Source: Callorhinchus milii | Taxonomy: Eukaryota | Direction: 5' to 3' | DNA length: 64,000 nt | Assembly (NCBI RefSeq): GCF_018977255.1 | Contig: NW_024704742.1 | Coordinates: 8,682,001 to 8,746,000, forward strand | Part shown: positions 13,731 to 25,900 of the stretch, in pieces | Numbering within the stretch: position 1 is the stretch's first letter | How the letters are laid out: every line of letters starts with the position of its first letter | The notes under the pieces: generated by a model | The model's database searches: none | What the model saw: the letters and a program-made list of their open reading frames with translations, nothing else | What the model was told of the DNA's origin: nothing | Position numbers and translations under genes: made by a program

Positions 13731-14965
13731 ACAACAAAATTACATTTGTAAAGCATCTTCTGTGTTGGGAGGATGTCTCAAGGTGCTGAACAGTTAGGGA
13801 TCAGAACCCGAGCATGGGTGTAGCAGGTTAGAGTGAGGAAGGGCAGAGAGGTATGAGAGCAGCTGAAGACACCGTTGAAAAGGAGTATCTTGAGCCATGC
13901 CTTGAAGTAGGCAAGAGAGGGAGCAAGCCAAACGGATTGTGGGGTGGATTTCCAAAGGGTGGGCAGAGAGGCTGAAAGCCCGTCTGCCAATAGTCGGGCA
14001 GGTCGGGCGGGAGAGATGGAACAGGCCGGAGCCCGCTCAATGGAGGGAGTGGACAAGTTAATAGCGAGTTAGCAGATCAGAGAGGCAGGAGGGAGCAAGA
14101 GAGGATAAGGAATAAGTGACCATGTTAGCGAATACTTAGACATGAGTTAATTAGGGACTGTCAGCATGGATTTGTGCAAGGTAGATTGTGTTTGACAAAT
14201 TTCTGAAATTTTTTGACGCAATCACTGCAAATGAAGATAAAGTCAGTGCATTGAGAAGTCCTACCCAGTGAGAGGCGCCATACAAATGTAATTTGTTGTT
14301 CTTATTGTGCATTTGGATTGCCAAAATGCATTTGATAAGGTCCCACATGGGAGACTGGTGGGGAAACTCAGGGCTCACATATAGAGGGAAATGTGGTGGT
14401 TTGGGATAGAAAGGTGGTTAAAAGACAGCAAGCAGAGAGTGAGAATGAAAGGATATTTCCTGGTTGGTGGCAGGTAATTAATGGGGCACCACAGGGGTCT
14501 GTACTGGACACTCTCCTTTGTTCCCTATATATTAATGACCTTGACTTAGATAAAGAGGAATGGTATCAAACTTGAGGGGAGAGGTGGAGGCAGAGGCAAG
14601 TAATGTTTCAGAGGTGAGTGAAACCTAAATGGATCAGAACACGTAAATGGGTTTTAACGGACAGTAGGAGACAAACAAGACACTAAGGTTCTGCACTGGC
14701 TCCGCAAAGTGGAGTGTGCATCAGTGTAGATTGATGTTTCAGTCCTTTAAGTGTAAAGATACTGACAAGCGGGAGAGTCTCTGTCTTCCTAACATTTAGC
14801 TCAAGAATATTAGAACTCAATAGTCCAACAATTTCTTTCACTTTCACATTTACTGCACACAATCAGCCTTGGGTCTCAGGAATACAAAACCAAAAGCAGG
14901 TGGAACAGGAAAACAATGGGGCAATAAATGAAGGTGTGATCACTGATATTCTGGTAAATGTTTGA

Positions 14966-15330
14966 CTAAGCAATAATTTGAGAGGTTGTTGGTTTAGAAT
15001 TGAGGTCAGTGCGTCCTTTAACAAGTTTCAGTTTATTACTGTGATACCGTTTATGTTGCTGTTTGTTATTACCATGGCCGGCTACCTGATACATTGATGA
15101 GCAGGCTTTATCAATTATGGGATACGGTCCAATATATCGAGCGGAGATTGGTCCCTTTGGATTGTATAACTGGATCATAACAGTTTGACTCGTCCCACTC
15201 AACTGGTGAGGCATTTCTATCAAAATGCATGGCATATACTTTTTTAGATTGAATGATATTCGCTGCAGCGAATAAATGAACCTCTTCATGTGCCAATTTA
15301 ACTTGTATATATTGTCCATGAGTCAAAGCA
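14966..15330 (-). mobile_element. LTR-retroelement integrase C-terminal fragment, copy 3
   Basis: RYIGPYPIIDK...RYHSNKLK. Confidence 0.65.
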
Positions 15331-16689
15331 TTAATTTCTGGATCCAACATATGTGTGAACCTCAACAACAACTTGCATTTATATAGTGCCCTTCATGCGG
15401 GGCAGTGTCCCAGAACATTCGCAAGTGAGAGACCTGGGTTCAATTCCTGGCAGGGCGAAACCTTGAGCAAATTTCTTTACCCTACACGCCTGATAATTAA
15501 AAATCCCTCAAGAAAAAAACAAAAATAAAGTAAAAAATTGGTCACTTCAATCACGACCGTTTGTGGGACACTGCTGTGCGCAATTGGCTGTCGTGTTTCA
15601 TCCACGAATACGCAGTCAATTCATTTCACAGTATCCTGTGTGAAGCACTTTGAGATGCCTAGAAGAAATGATACTGAATGCCTGACCCATAGGGCGGGTC
15701 GGGTGTGAGACACGGAGTAGGCCAGAGCCTACTGAACAGAGTGAGTGGACAAGTTAATAGGGGATTAACAGGTCAGAGAAGTAGGAGGGGGCAAGGCCGT
15801 GGAGGGCCTTGAAAGTGAAGACGAGAATTTTGCATTCTATCCTCTGGGGTTGTGGAGACAGTGGAGCAGGGCAAGAGTGGGGATGATGTGGTCACGGAGC
15901 CTGATGGGGGTCTAGACATGGATATGGGGGAGAAAGGACATTTTTACTTGTCTTATTCTACGAATGCCTTGGTCCATTGGCCTGCTTTAGTGCTCTCGAG
16001 CCCCACACGTTTGGGCAGCAAGTGAAATGGTTCTACAACCCTATATGTACACCCAACAATATGGCTCAATCCCCTGCACTGAGTGTTCAATCCTCACTAA
16101 TGAATGCAAGTTTCTATAACTAGGGGTAACTTGACTGGTGGGTTCTTCCACGATGACAGGTACTACCAATTGCTACTGAAATTAAAATGAATTGGGAAGC
16201 TTTTGTCCTCAGTTTTTAATTCGAAACAGACTCTGACATAGGCTTAACCTGTTTGTGTATTCCCTGCTTCTTTCATTTACACAGAAAGCTCGAGAAAGCA
16301 TGGTCAAGTAAACTCAACAGAATTTTATTGTTATTTCAATGAAATTCACAACCTTCTCCATTATGTCTTAAACAACACAATAAATATCAACAGACACAAC
16401 TATGAAACAACAAATACTAATTACACTTAAACTAAACACGAATAAAGCCACGTGTAATGAAGTTAATGTAAAGTCCACAAAAAGAATCCCTAACTCATCA
16501 GTAGTCAGGGCACATACATTTTTTGTCATCAGGTAGAAAATGGTGACCTCAAACACATGGCAATCATTTGTTTATGGGCATACTTGATGTAATTGGTGCC
16601 TTTTTTATGGTCCAATCAAAATCATCCCTAAGTGACCCAACAAGGAAACAGTGCACCGTCCTATCCACTTCTGCAAATTACAGTTGATA

Positions 16690-16935
16690 GTGCTGTAGCT
16701 CAGTGGTTAGAGTACTCTCCTCGCAAGCGAGAGACCTGGGTTCAATTCCCGGCAGAGCAAAATGTTGGGCAAGATTCCTTACTCTGTTTACCTAGCAGTA
16801 AGTAGGAAACCAGTTGTTAGTTAATTGGTGGATCGCTTTTCCAGGGGTAATAATTCCTTCAAAAAAAATAATAAATTGGTCACTTCAATCCATGACTGTT
16901 TGTGGGGCACTGCTGTGTGTACAATTGGTTGCCTC
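16690..16935 (+). mobile_element. tRNA-headed SINE, 3' truncated
   Basis: tgtagctcagtggttagag A box and gggttcaattccc B box. Confidence 0.8.
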
Positions 16936-16939
16936 ATTC

Positions 16940-18497
16940 TCCGGAGTGCTCAGTGGGGTGAGGGGTGAGGACCAAATGGGAAAAAGTCACTTCAGGGAAT
17001 TAGGAGGGAAACCTACCATGAGCGCTCAGCAGATTCTTAACTTGGATCTGTAATTTAAGTACTGGGTCCGAGAAGAAAATAGCTGTAGATCAAATACCCC
17101 ACATGAGAACAGACACAGTTCTGTATTGAAACAGCCGAGCCATCGTTCTCCAGGAAAGTAAAACCAGAGCAGCAATCACTGTTCTCACAGCGGGAATGCT
17201 AACAGGATTGCAGTCAGCTAAAAAATATAAAGATTGCACTAAAAACCTCGTTAGAAAATCGGAGCTTAAAAATTCTAACTTCTTGTGAAAATGTTGTGAA
17301 AATCAATTGCTGATTGAAGAAACTCAGGTTGAGGTGGGGAGATTGCAGCAGCAACTCTCTGAAACCGAGTTTTGAATTGAAACATTATATAATCCTTGCA
17401 TTTGATACAGCGCTTTTCACGTCTACTGGACATTCAAAGCGCTTCACAGAATATACTGTAAAATTAATTGACTATATTTATGAGCGAAATGTGGCAGCTA
17501 ATTGCACACAGCAGTGTCCCACAAACAGTGATGAATTGAGTGACCCAATTATTATTGGGTTTTTTCTTGAGGGATTATTATCAGGTGTTTGGAGTAAGGA
17601 AACTTACCCAAGATTTCACCCCTGGAGGGAATCGAACCCAGGTCTCTTGCTTGCAAGGCGATGTTTCTCATGACTATGTCTCCGGAGCGGAGGGAATTTA
17701 TACTGTCCACTGATCTAGACCCTTTGAAGATAGAGCAATGGAACGTTTGTCAAATGCGCAGAGAAACATTATCGATATTATATTGATGATTTGTTTATAG
17801 ACCAAGAGAAACGGTCTCAAAATTAATATCAACCAAATAATAATTATAAACGTTTAGCAGAATGGAGCTTCCACCCTTGGGTGTGCAAAATGTGAAAGTA
17901 AAAGATAATGGTGTGGGGCCACAGCCAGGTGGCTATCCTGCCGAGGACAATCATCCATTTAAGGATTCCCCAGCAGAGGGATCTGTAAAAATTAAAAAAT
18001 AAATCCCCAGCACTTCCCAAAGTGACACAAGTAAGCGTTAGGACATGGCCAACCTCCCCCTGAAAGTAAACTTCGCTAGCCCATTTTTAAGTAAAAACGC
18101 AGTGGGGGAGGAGTCTTCAGTGCAGGGAAAAAAGCAAATAGAATTCTTAACTAAATTGTTTGCTATCGGAAAGTAAGTCCCCAGTGTAGGTTGAGGCCAC
18201 TAGGAACTGGTTGAGGGGCTGATTGTAAATTATGGTGAGGGGTCTGCCCAATTAATAGATCTCAAGAGACAAGCAGGAATTGAGATTGCAGTGGGAAGGT
18301 GGACGGCAGCACGGTGGGAAGAACCAGGTAACCGTGCAATTCCCTGCAACAGTAAATCAGCACAAGCAGCTGAGGCCGACACCCTGCTGGAGACATTAAA
18401 ACCTCTCCCACTGGATACCAAAGGAGTAATTGATTCTGCTGATGTATACAAAGCGTTTTCTAAGACTTATAAGCGAAACAGAAGCCCAGATTATTAA
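16940..18497 (+). mobile_element. Decayed retrovirus-like (gag)-pol relic with RT and RNase H remnants; SINE inserted at ~17386-17665
   Basis: YYIDDLFI at 17776-17799, followed after a frameshift by NGLKINI. RNase H-like frame at ~18200-18497: YGEGSAQ...AGIEIAVG...AIPCNSKSAQAAEADTLLETLK...IDSADVYK. The gag assignment (coiled-coil-like stretch ~17300-17370) is weak. Confidence 0.7.
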
Positions 18498-19110
18498 AGG
18501 GACAGTGGCAGCATGGATACAGAACTGGCCGGAAGAAAACAAAAAGTGATGGTGAACGGTTGTTTTTCTGACTGGAGGGAAGTGAGCAGTGGTGTCCCCC
18601 AGGGGTCAGTATTGGGACCACTGCTCTTTTTGATCGATATAAATGGCCTGGACTTGGTTATAGGGAATACAATTTCCAAGTTTGCAGATGATACTAAGAT
18701 AGGAAAACTAGTAAATGGTTAGGAGGATAGTAGCAGACTGCAAGAGGACATAGGTAGTATGGTAAAATGATCAGACAACAACAACAACAAGATTGCATTT
18801 ATGGAGCGCCTTTCACGTCGGGAGGACGTCTCAAGGCGCTGGACAGTTGGGTCGGGATCCGAGCATTGGGGGGAAATGGTCAGGGTGAGGGGAGGGAAGG
18901 GAGGGAGCGAGGAGGGGGTAGAGAGTCGAGAGACACGTGGCAGATGAAGTTTAATGTGGAGAAATGAGTTTGGGAGGAAGAATGAGGAGAGGCAATATAA
19001 GCTGATGGTACGATCTTAAAGAAGATGAAGGAACAGAGAGACCTGGTGATTCATATAATAAATCTTGAAAGTGGCAAGACAGGTAAATAAGATTGTTAGA
19101 AAAACTTACG
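18497..19110 (+). mobile_element. CR1 LINE RT fragment
   Basis: SGVPQGSVLGPLLFLI...ISKFADDTKIG...WQMKFNVEK. Confidence 0.9.
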
Positions 19111-19339
19111 GTGCAGTGACTACCCATAGCAGCACTTCAGGAGCCACTGAAATCAATGAGATCCCTCTGTAGTTCTCGGTCTCACTAGGTTCACTGTTCT
19201 TGTGGATAGACACCACAATTGGTACACTGATGGAGTGTGTGCCTCAGAGAGAATCATGTAGGTCAGGATTGGGAGGGCAGCTTCAAGGCTAGTTGAGGTC
19301 GTAGGTCGTTTTCAAATACCTTTCCTATTCCCTTTTGAA

Positions 19340-20295
19340 AGCTACAATGTACTCCTGCAGTCTGCAACTATCCTCTTCGCTATTTACTATGTGTCCAAGT
19401 TTTGTGTCATTTCCCTTAATCCCATGGGCTACAATTTTGCTAACATGTCCATTATGTGGCACTTTATCAAACACCTTTTGAAAGTCCATATACACAACAT
19501 CAACTGCACAACCTTTGTCAACCCTCTCAGTTACTTCATTGAAGAACTCAATCAAGTTAGTTAGACATATTTTGCCTTTAACAATTTTGTGTTGTCTGTC
19601 CTTTATTAACCTATGTTTTTATAAGAGAAAATTTATATTCTCCCAGATCATGGTCCCTAGAAGATTCCCCACTATTGACGCAAGGCTGGCTAGTTAGCAG
19701 TTACCAGGTTTATCCATCTCCCCCTTTTTGAACAGGGGTGTAACATTTGCAAGTCTCCAGTCCTTAGGTACCACTCCCATATCCAAGGAGGATTGAACGA
19801 TTGTGGCCAGAGCCTCCGCTATTTCCACCCTAACTTCCCAGGATATATCCTATCAACCCTAACTACCCTCAGCAATATAGGATGCATCCGGGTGACTTTT
19901 CTACTTTGAGCACTGCCAAACTATTAAGTACCTCCTCTCTATCTATTTTTATCCTATCCAATTACTCTACCTTTACTGTGACATTGGCAGCATCCTCTTC
20001 TTTTGTGAAGACAGAAGCAAAGTACACACTTTGTACCTCAGCCATGACACATTTTGTACCTCCACAAGAAGATTTCCTTTTTGGTCCCAAATCAGCCATA
20101 CCCTCGCTGTGACCATCCTTTTATTCTGTATGTGTTGATAGAAGTCTATAGTGTTCCCTTTTATGTTACCCGCTAATCTTTTATCACATGCTCCCTTTGC
20201 CCTCTTATTTCCTTTTTCAGTTTTCCTCTGCACTTTCTGCATTCTGCTTGGTTCACTGGTTTATTTTGAACTTGATATTTATCATAAGCCTCCTT
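19340..20295 (-). mobile_element. CR1 LINE RT fragment
   Basis: IEFFNEVTERVDKGCAVDVVYMDFQKVFDKVPH. Confidence 0.9.
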
Positions 20296-21309
20296 TCTGT
20301 GTTAATAATAATTATAATAATCCTTGCATTTGATATAGCGCCTTATCATGTTTTGGAGACTTCTCAGAGTGCTTCACAGAATATACAGTAAAGTGACTTG
20401 ACTGTATATTTGTGGGCTAAACATGGCAGCCAATTGCACACAGCAGTGTCCCATAAACAGTCGTGGATTGAGTGACCAAATTATTATTTTCTTTCAAGGA
20501 ATTATTAACCCCAGAAAAGCAATCCTCTAATTGACTATCAACCAGGTTCCTACTTACTGCTCAGTAAACAGAGGCATGTGGAGTGAGGAAACTTGCCCAA
20601 CGTTTTGCTCTGTTCAAGTACAAAGTTTACTGTTGATCTTAGTCAAAGGATTATTATTTGCACAGTCCAACATTGGTTCTGAGGAATATGACTTCATTCT
20701 AAACTCCCTCAGCTGATGACAGACCAGAAGGGCAGACTCGTCACTGGGAGTCTTTCAAATCAACTCCACATAAGCCAAAGTTCTAACGGGTAGGGTGGTC
20801 CTAACTGGATAGGTTGCTGGAAAGCTTGCCAGACAGTGTTCGCAATGACAACCTGTGTGGTTTTAGTTGGTTAGACTCCAGCAGTTACCCACAATTCACC
20901 CTCTAGGTTTCCCAAGCTTTCGCTCTTGCCAACCTGCGCCTAACACTTTCCAGATTTAGATAAGCGGGCTGCGTCCCTCCAGGGAGAGGGTGAGCATCCT
21001 ATTCTAGAATTCTATTCTATCCAGTCAAGCGCTCTGAGACGCTGTCCGGCGTGGAGGGCGCGATATAAATCCAAGTTGTTGTTATTGTATTTAATTAACC
21101 ATATGTCAGACACCCAGTTGACCAAAAAGAAATGTGCATGCCTATCACCATACTTAAAAGTCTTTAAACCTACACATGGAAATTCCATAGATGTTTATTG
21201 GAATGGAATGCAACATCTTGGAATAAAGATGTTTATCTGTCCCTGGACGCACACCCTTCCCGTTGATCACTGATAAATTGTTTTACACATTAAATTCAAA
21301 CTTAAAAAT

Positions 21310-22200
21310 ACAATACAACACAAATTCACATTTGTAAACTGCCTTTCACATCTGGAGGACGTTCCAAAGTGTTGAACAGTCAGGGATTAGAACCTGAGCG
21401 CGGGGTTTGGAATCAGAGATGTTGGAGGGCAGGAAGGGTAGGAGAGTGGCTGAAGCCATGGTCAAAGAGGAGGGTCTTAAGGTTTGCCTTCAAGGAGGCA
21501 ATGGAGGGAGTGAGGTGAAGGGAATGTGGGATGGAGTTCCAGAGGGTGGTGGCAGAGAAGCTGATGGCCCAACCTCTGATGGTGGGGCAGGACTGGCCAG
21601 GGACATGAGGCAGGCCAGAGCCTGCTAAGCGGAGGGAATGACAGGTTGATAAGGGCCGGAGAGGTAGGAGGGCGGGCAATTCTATTGAAGGGCTTAAAGG
21701 TGAGGATGAGAATTTTGAATTTGATCTTCTGAGGTATGGGGAGCTAGAGGAGCCAGGCGAGGGTGGGTGCGATGGGGTCGTGGAGCCTGGTGCGGGAGAG
21801 GACACAAGCTGCAAAGTTCTGGATGATCTGGAGCTTGTGGAGGTAATAGTTGGAAAGGCTGACAAGCAGGGATTTGGCATAATCAAGCCTGGTTGTAATG
21901 AAGGCATATATGAGGGTTTCGGCGGCCTGAGGGTTGACGCAGTGGTGGAGTCACGCAATGCTGCAGAGGGAGGAAGGCAGAGTGAGTCAAGACATGGATG
22001 TGGGGGAGCAAGGGCACTTGAAGTTCGAACAACACATCCATGTTCCTGACAGGCTTGGCGAGGTGGAGTGGGCATCCTTGGATGCTGATGGTGCCAGTGC
22101 CTGAGGTGTGGAGGCACTGGTGTGAGCCAATCAGGAGAGCCTCAGTCTTGCTGGCATTCAACTGTAGAAAGTTGGCTCCTATCCAGGACTTGATGTCTGA
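21310..22200 (-). mobile_element. L2-clade LINE 3' fragment
   Basis: LNASKTEALLIGS...AISFSATTLWNSIP...LKANLKTLLF, ending in the gaaaggcagtttacaaatgtgaatttgtgttg tail. Confidence 0.85.
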
Positions 22201-22211
22201 TGTACTTATAG

Positions 22212-22697
22212 GATGTGATTGACATAATGATCAGAATGACTGGTTATTGTCACTGAGCGAGAGATTGGATTCGCATTATTTTTCTTCATTTCCAAAAGTT
22301 TTTTCAAAACATCATCGACGACAGGGATAGTTTATGCAATGGCAGTGAGCTCAACCAGGTAATTTATCTATTGGAATTAATGAAAATAGAGGAGTGGTGT
22401 AGCGTTGTGGTTAGAGCAGGCGATGGTCTAAGTGTGTGTATGTTGGGGATGGTATGTGTGTGTACGTGTTGGGGACGGAGTCTGTGTGTCTGTGTTGGGG
22501 ATGGTGTCTGTGTGTTGCTGGCAGTTTTTGCTGTGTCTCTGAGTCTCTGTTATGTTGAGTTTTACCCAATCGCGGCTCCTGTGTGACCCACTGTGTTTGC
22601 CAGGAAAGAACCCAAACCTTGACAGCAGTACAGCTGCCACATTGATGCTCTGTTCCTGTCGCTGCCGAGGGGAGAACGCTTTGTTTACCTGCGAGTG
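22212..22697 (+). pseudogene. Orphan APOL-locus upstream exons A' (22212-22358) and B' (22604-22697), both with in-frame stops
   Basis: Paralogous, including splice sites and adjacent intron, to 37167-37012 (-) and 46000-45907 (-). No APOL body exon is visible downstream. Confidence 0.7.
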
Positions 22698-22929
22698 GTG
22701 AGGACGTTCCCTCCTCTGTGGTCACTGGATCAGCCAGGATTGTGTCTGTTCACTCTATTAGTACGAGATGATAACCAATTATTTTTTTTACTACTTATTT
22801 CCCAGATGCAGATCTTGATGGAATGTCTGTGGACCCACAGTTGTTAAGCTGTGAGTCAATAACTATATGGGTGTGGGTGTGTGCTGCTCCAACAAAGCCA
22901 TCTACTTTATCCTCTACTCTTTCACCTTA

Positions 22930-25900
22930 TCCTCTCATATCTTCCCTTCATATAGTCTTATTAAATTCTCTTTCAAATTCTGCTTCAACAGACACTCCTG
23001 GAAATTCGCTTACCAGATGGAAGGTCAAAATTCCCAATCCACTGCTCCCCACTTCACGGGGAGAGACTTATCAACCCGCACACACACACACATCACATCT
23101 TGGGACACTCTCTGGTTACAGGTTGAATGCCTCTCTCTGCAAATCTTCCCTGAGCAGAGGTTCCCTGTCGTGCGGGGAGGTGGCACTGATGCGTGCACCC
23201 ATCATGGAGCTGCCCAAGCCGCGGTCAATCCCCATCTGGCCTTAGCCTCAGCCAAACCCAGGCCACGTCCTGGTATTTGTTGGACAGGGCCGGTGACAAG
23301 ATGTTCTCCCATATCTGGCTGACAGTTGCGGAAGGCTACACGACTATTCCTCACCGCCCTCTCTCGGGCAATGCCTATCAACTGCCAGTCTGCCAGCCCC
23401 ATCCTTCTTAATATCGGGTACAGATACAAGCACAGCATATATACACAGCATGTAGTACAGCGAGCCCACATAGCAGGGCTCCAGGCATATTCTCACGCAG
23501 CAGCTCATAAACGTGGTCATGAGAATCCAGGCTACATCTGGGATGCCTTTATCTCCCTCATCAGGAGTCTTATGCTTCGTGGCTTTGCAGACAGGATCCA
23601 TCCCAGATCTCCAAATCAAGTGAATAATGGTGACTGCACAGGCTCTGTATTTGATCAAAGGCCAGAGATCACCTCGTGTTGGATCACCAGATGTTTCCCA
23701 GTGATTGACAGTGAGCACTGTTGCCTCCTCCCTGGTTTCTTCTTCACTCTCAATATCCGCTCGTCCCAGTCTTTTTTCACACCCCAACAGCTCCGAACCA
23801 GATGCCAGGATTTTGATGTAATCTGACCTGACCACAAATGGTCTATATTTGTGCTCTCGCCATTTGCCGAAATACATCACCTCACTTTTCTGTTGATTTA
23901 CGCTGGTGCTCGAAGCCCATTCAAAATGGTCGCAGAACAGGATCACAATCGATCTTTGATATGAGAAAAGGTCTGTGATATCATCCATACACAGGGACCC
24001 CTTGGCTTGTGAGCCATGGCTGCCCGGGATAGTGACACCTCTGGTGCTCTTGTCCCACCTGATGGCCTGCGCAAAGGGTACGATGCAGCAGACAAACAGG
24101 ATTGGTAAAAAGGGGACACCCCTGCCTCACTCCAGATCTGATGGGAAGAGACTGAGTTTGATGTCAATTTATCATGACTACACTAAAGACGTCTCTGGAG
24201 AGCAGCCGGACCTAATTTAGAATTCCCTCCCCAAAACCCATTTTGGAGAGGACATCAAACATGTGGTCATGAGATACTCTGTCAAACGCTTTCTCCTGAT
24301 CCAGACTGATTAGGGAAGTCTCCACTCTCCTATCCGGCGCATAGGCGATGGTATTCCTAAACAACACAAGGTTGTCAGAGATCCTCTGGCCAGAACCGAG
24401 CAAGTTTGGTCAAGGTGGCGTCCTGTAGCTCAGTGGTTAGAGCACTCGCTTTGCAAGCGAGAGACCTGAGTTCAATTCCAGGCAGAGGGCGAAACCTTGG
24501 GCAAATTTCCTTACTCCACACACCTAATAATAATCCCTCCAAAACCAAAAACAATAATAAATTGGTCATTTTCAATCTACGACTGTTTGTGGGACATTGC
24601 TGTGCGCAATTGGCTGCCGCGTTCGCCCACAAATATACAGTTAATTCACTTTACAGTGTGTTCTGTGAAGCACTTTGGGACGTCCTACCGACGTGAAAAG
24701 CACTATATCAAATGCAAGGATTATTATTATTATTATTAGGTGTATCACCTGCTCCAGCACAGTCTCGATCCTCTCAGAGATCACCTTGGCCAGGATCTTA
24801 TAATCTACATTTAGCAGCAAAATCAACCTCTAGTTTTACATCTCTTCCCTCTCCCGTTTATATATAAATATCAGGGTGATGTTTCGGTTCCTCATGGAGT
24901 TCCCCATGATGCTCTCAGACGCATAATGTTGTACACCTGTAGAACTCGACCAGGAGACCATCACCCCCAGTGATCCTACCGTTCTGAATGGACTTGACAG
25001 TCCTAGTCAATCCATCCATAAAGAGCGGGGGATCTAAATGTTTCCGGCTCCCCTCATCTAGCACCTCCATGAGGCCAGACAGGAAATCCCTGGAGTTCTG
25101 TGCTCTCCATGGGATCTCACAGTACAGGTCGGCAAAAAGGACCTTACGATCCTCTGCACACCCCGAGCTGTTCTCGTCCTTCAATCCAGAGATCACAGAG
25201 CTGTCTGTTCATTTTCTGGAAGAAGAAACTCAAACACTTCTCATTCTGCTCAATCGTGCGGATTCTGCAGCAAAAAATCACCTTGGAGGTCCTGGAGTCA
25301 AGGAACCGGGTTTGCTGGCCTCTCACCTCCTCGAGTTCCTCCCTAACCTCTTCAACTTGCTGTTGCAGGACTGCTCTGGAATCTGGAGTCTGGCCATTTT
25401 CCTATGTTTATCTCTAGCTAACCTCACCCCTTTCCGGACAAAGAATTTCTTAATTCTTATCTTGACCATTTCCCACTATTCAGCTGAGGAGTCGCAGAAA
25501 TCCCTCAAGGATTTCCATTCTCAATATTCTTTGCGCAACTCAACATTTTTTTCCAGGATCATTAATTTCACGTTCAACTTCCACATCCCCCTTACCCATC
25601 CTACAGCTTTCTCAAACTTGCAGGTTAGCCAGCAGGATGTGGTGGTCTATAAAGAACAGCAGTTGGACATCTGCACTCTCTACTTCGCGATCTCTCGAAG
25701 GGAACAGGAAATCGATACGCAAAAAACCGACCCATGTGGCCTGGAAGAAGTCAAAGCTTTTGGTGCGCTGTGTGTGGGGGCCTTAAAGCTGTCACATAAC
25801 TGCACATCCCCCACCAGCTTTAGAAGCTTGGACATGACGCCCAGTTTCCTGTCAGTACAGATGGTTCTTCCATCTGCATCTAAGATGCAATTGAAGTCAC

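Larger units (their letters stand above)
6770..15670. repeat. Tandem segmental repeat, ~3.3-3.65 kb unit, about 2.5 copies (starts ~6770, ~10075, ~13731), made of nested TE fragments
   Basis: Near-identical ORF-track peptides recur at 9071/12712, 9516/13159, 10121/13778 and 7683/11308/14966. Confidence 0.95.

Noticed and set aside
24418..24490. tRNA-Ala gene (and similar heads elsewhere)
   Set aside because: SINE head: it continues into the SINE body and tail, with no proper acceptor stem or terminator.
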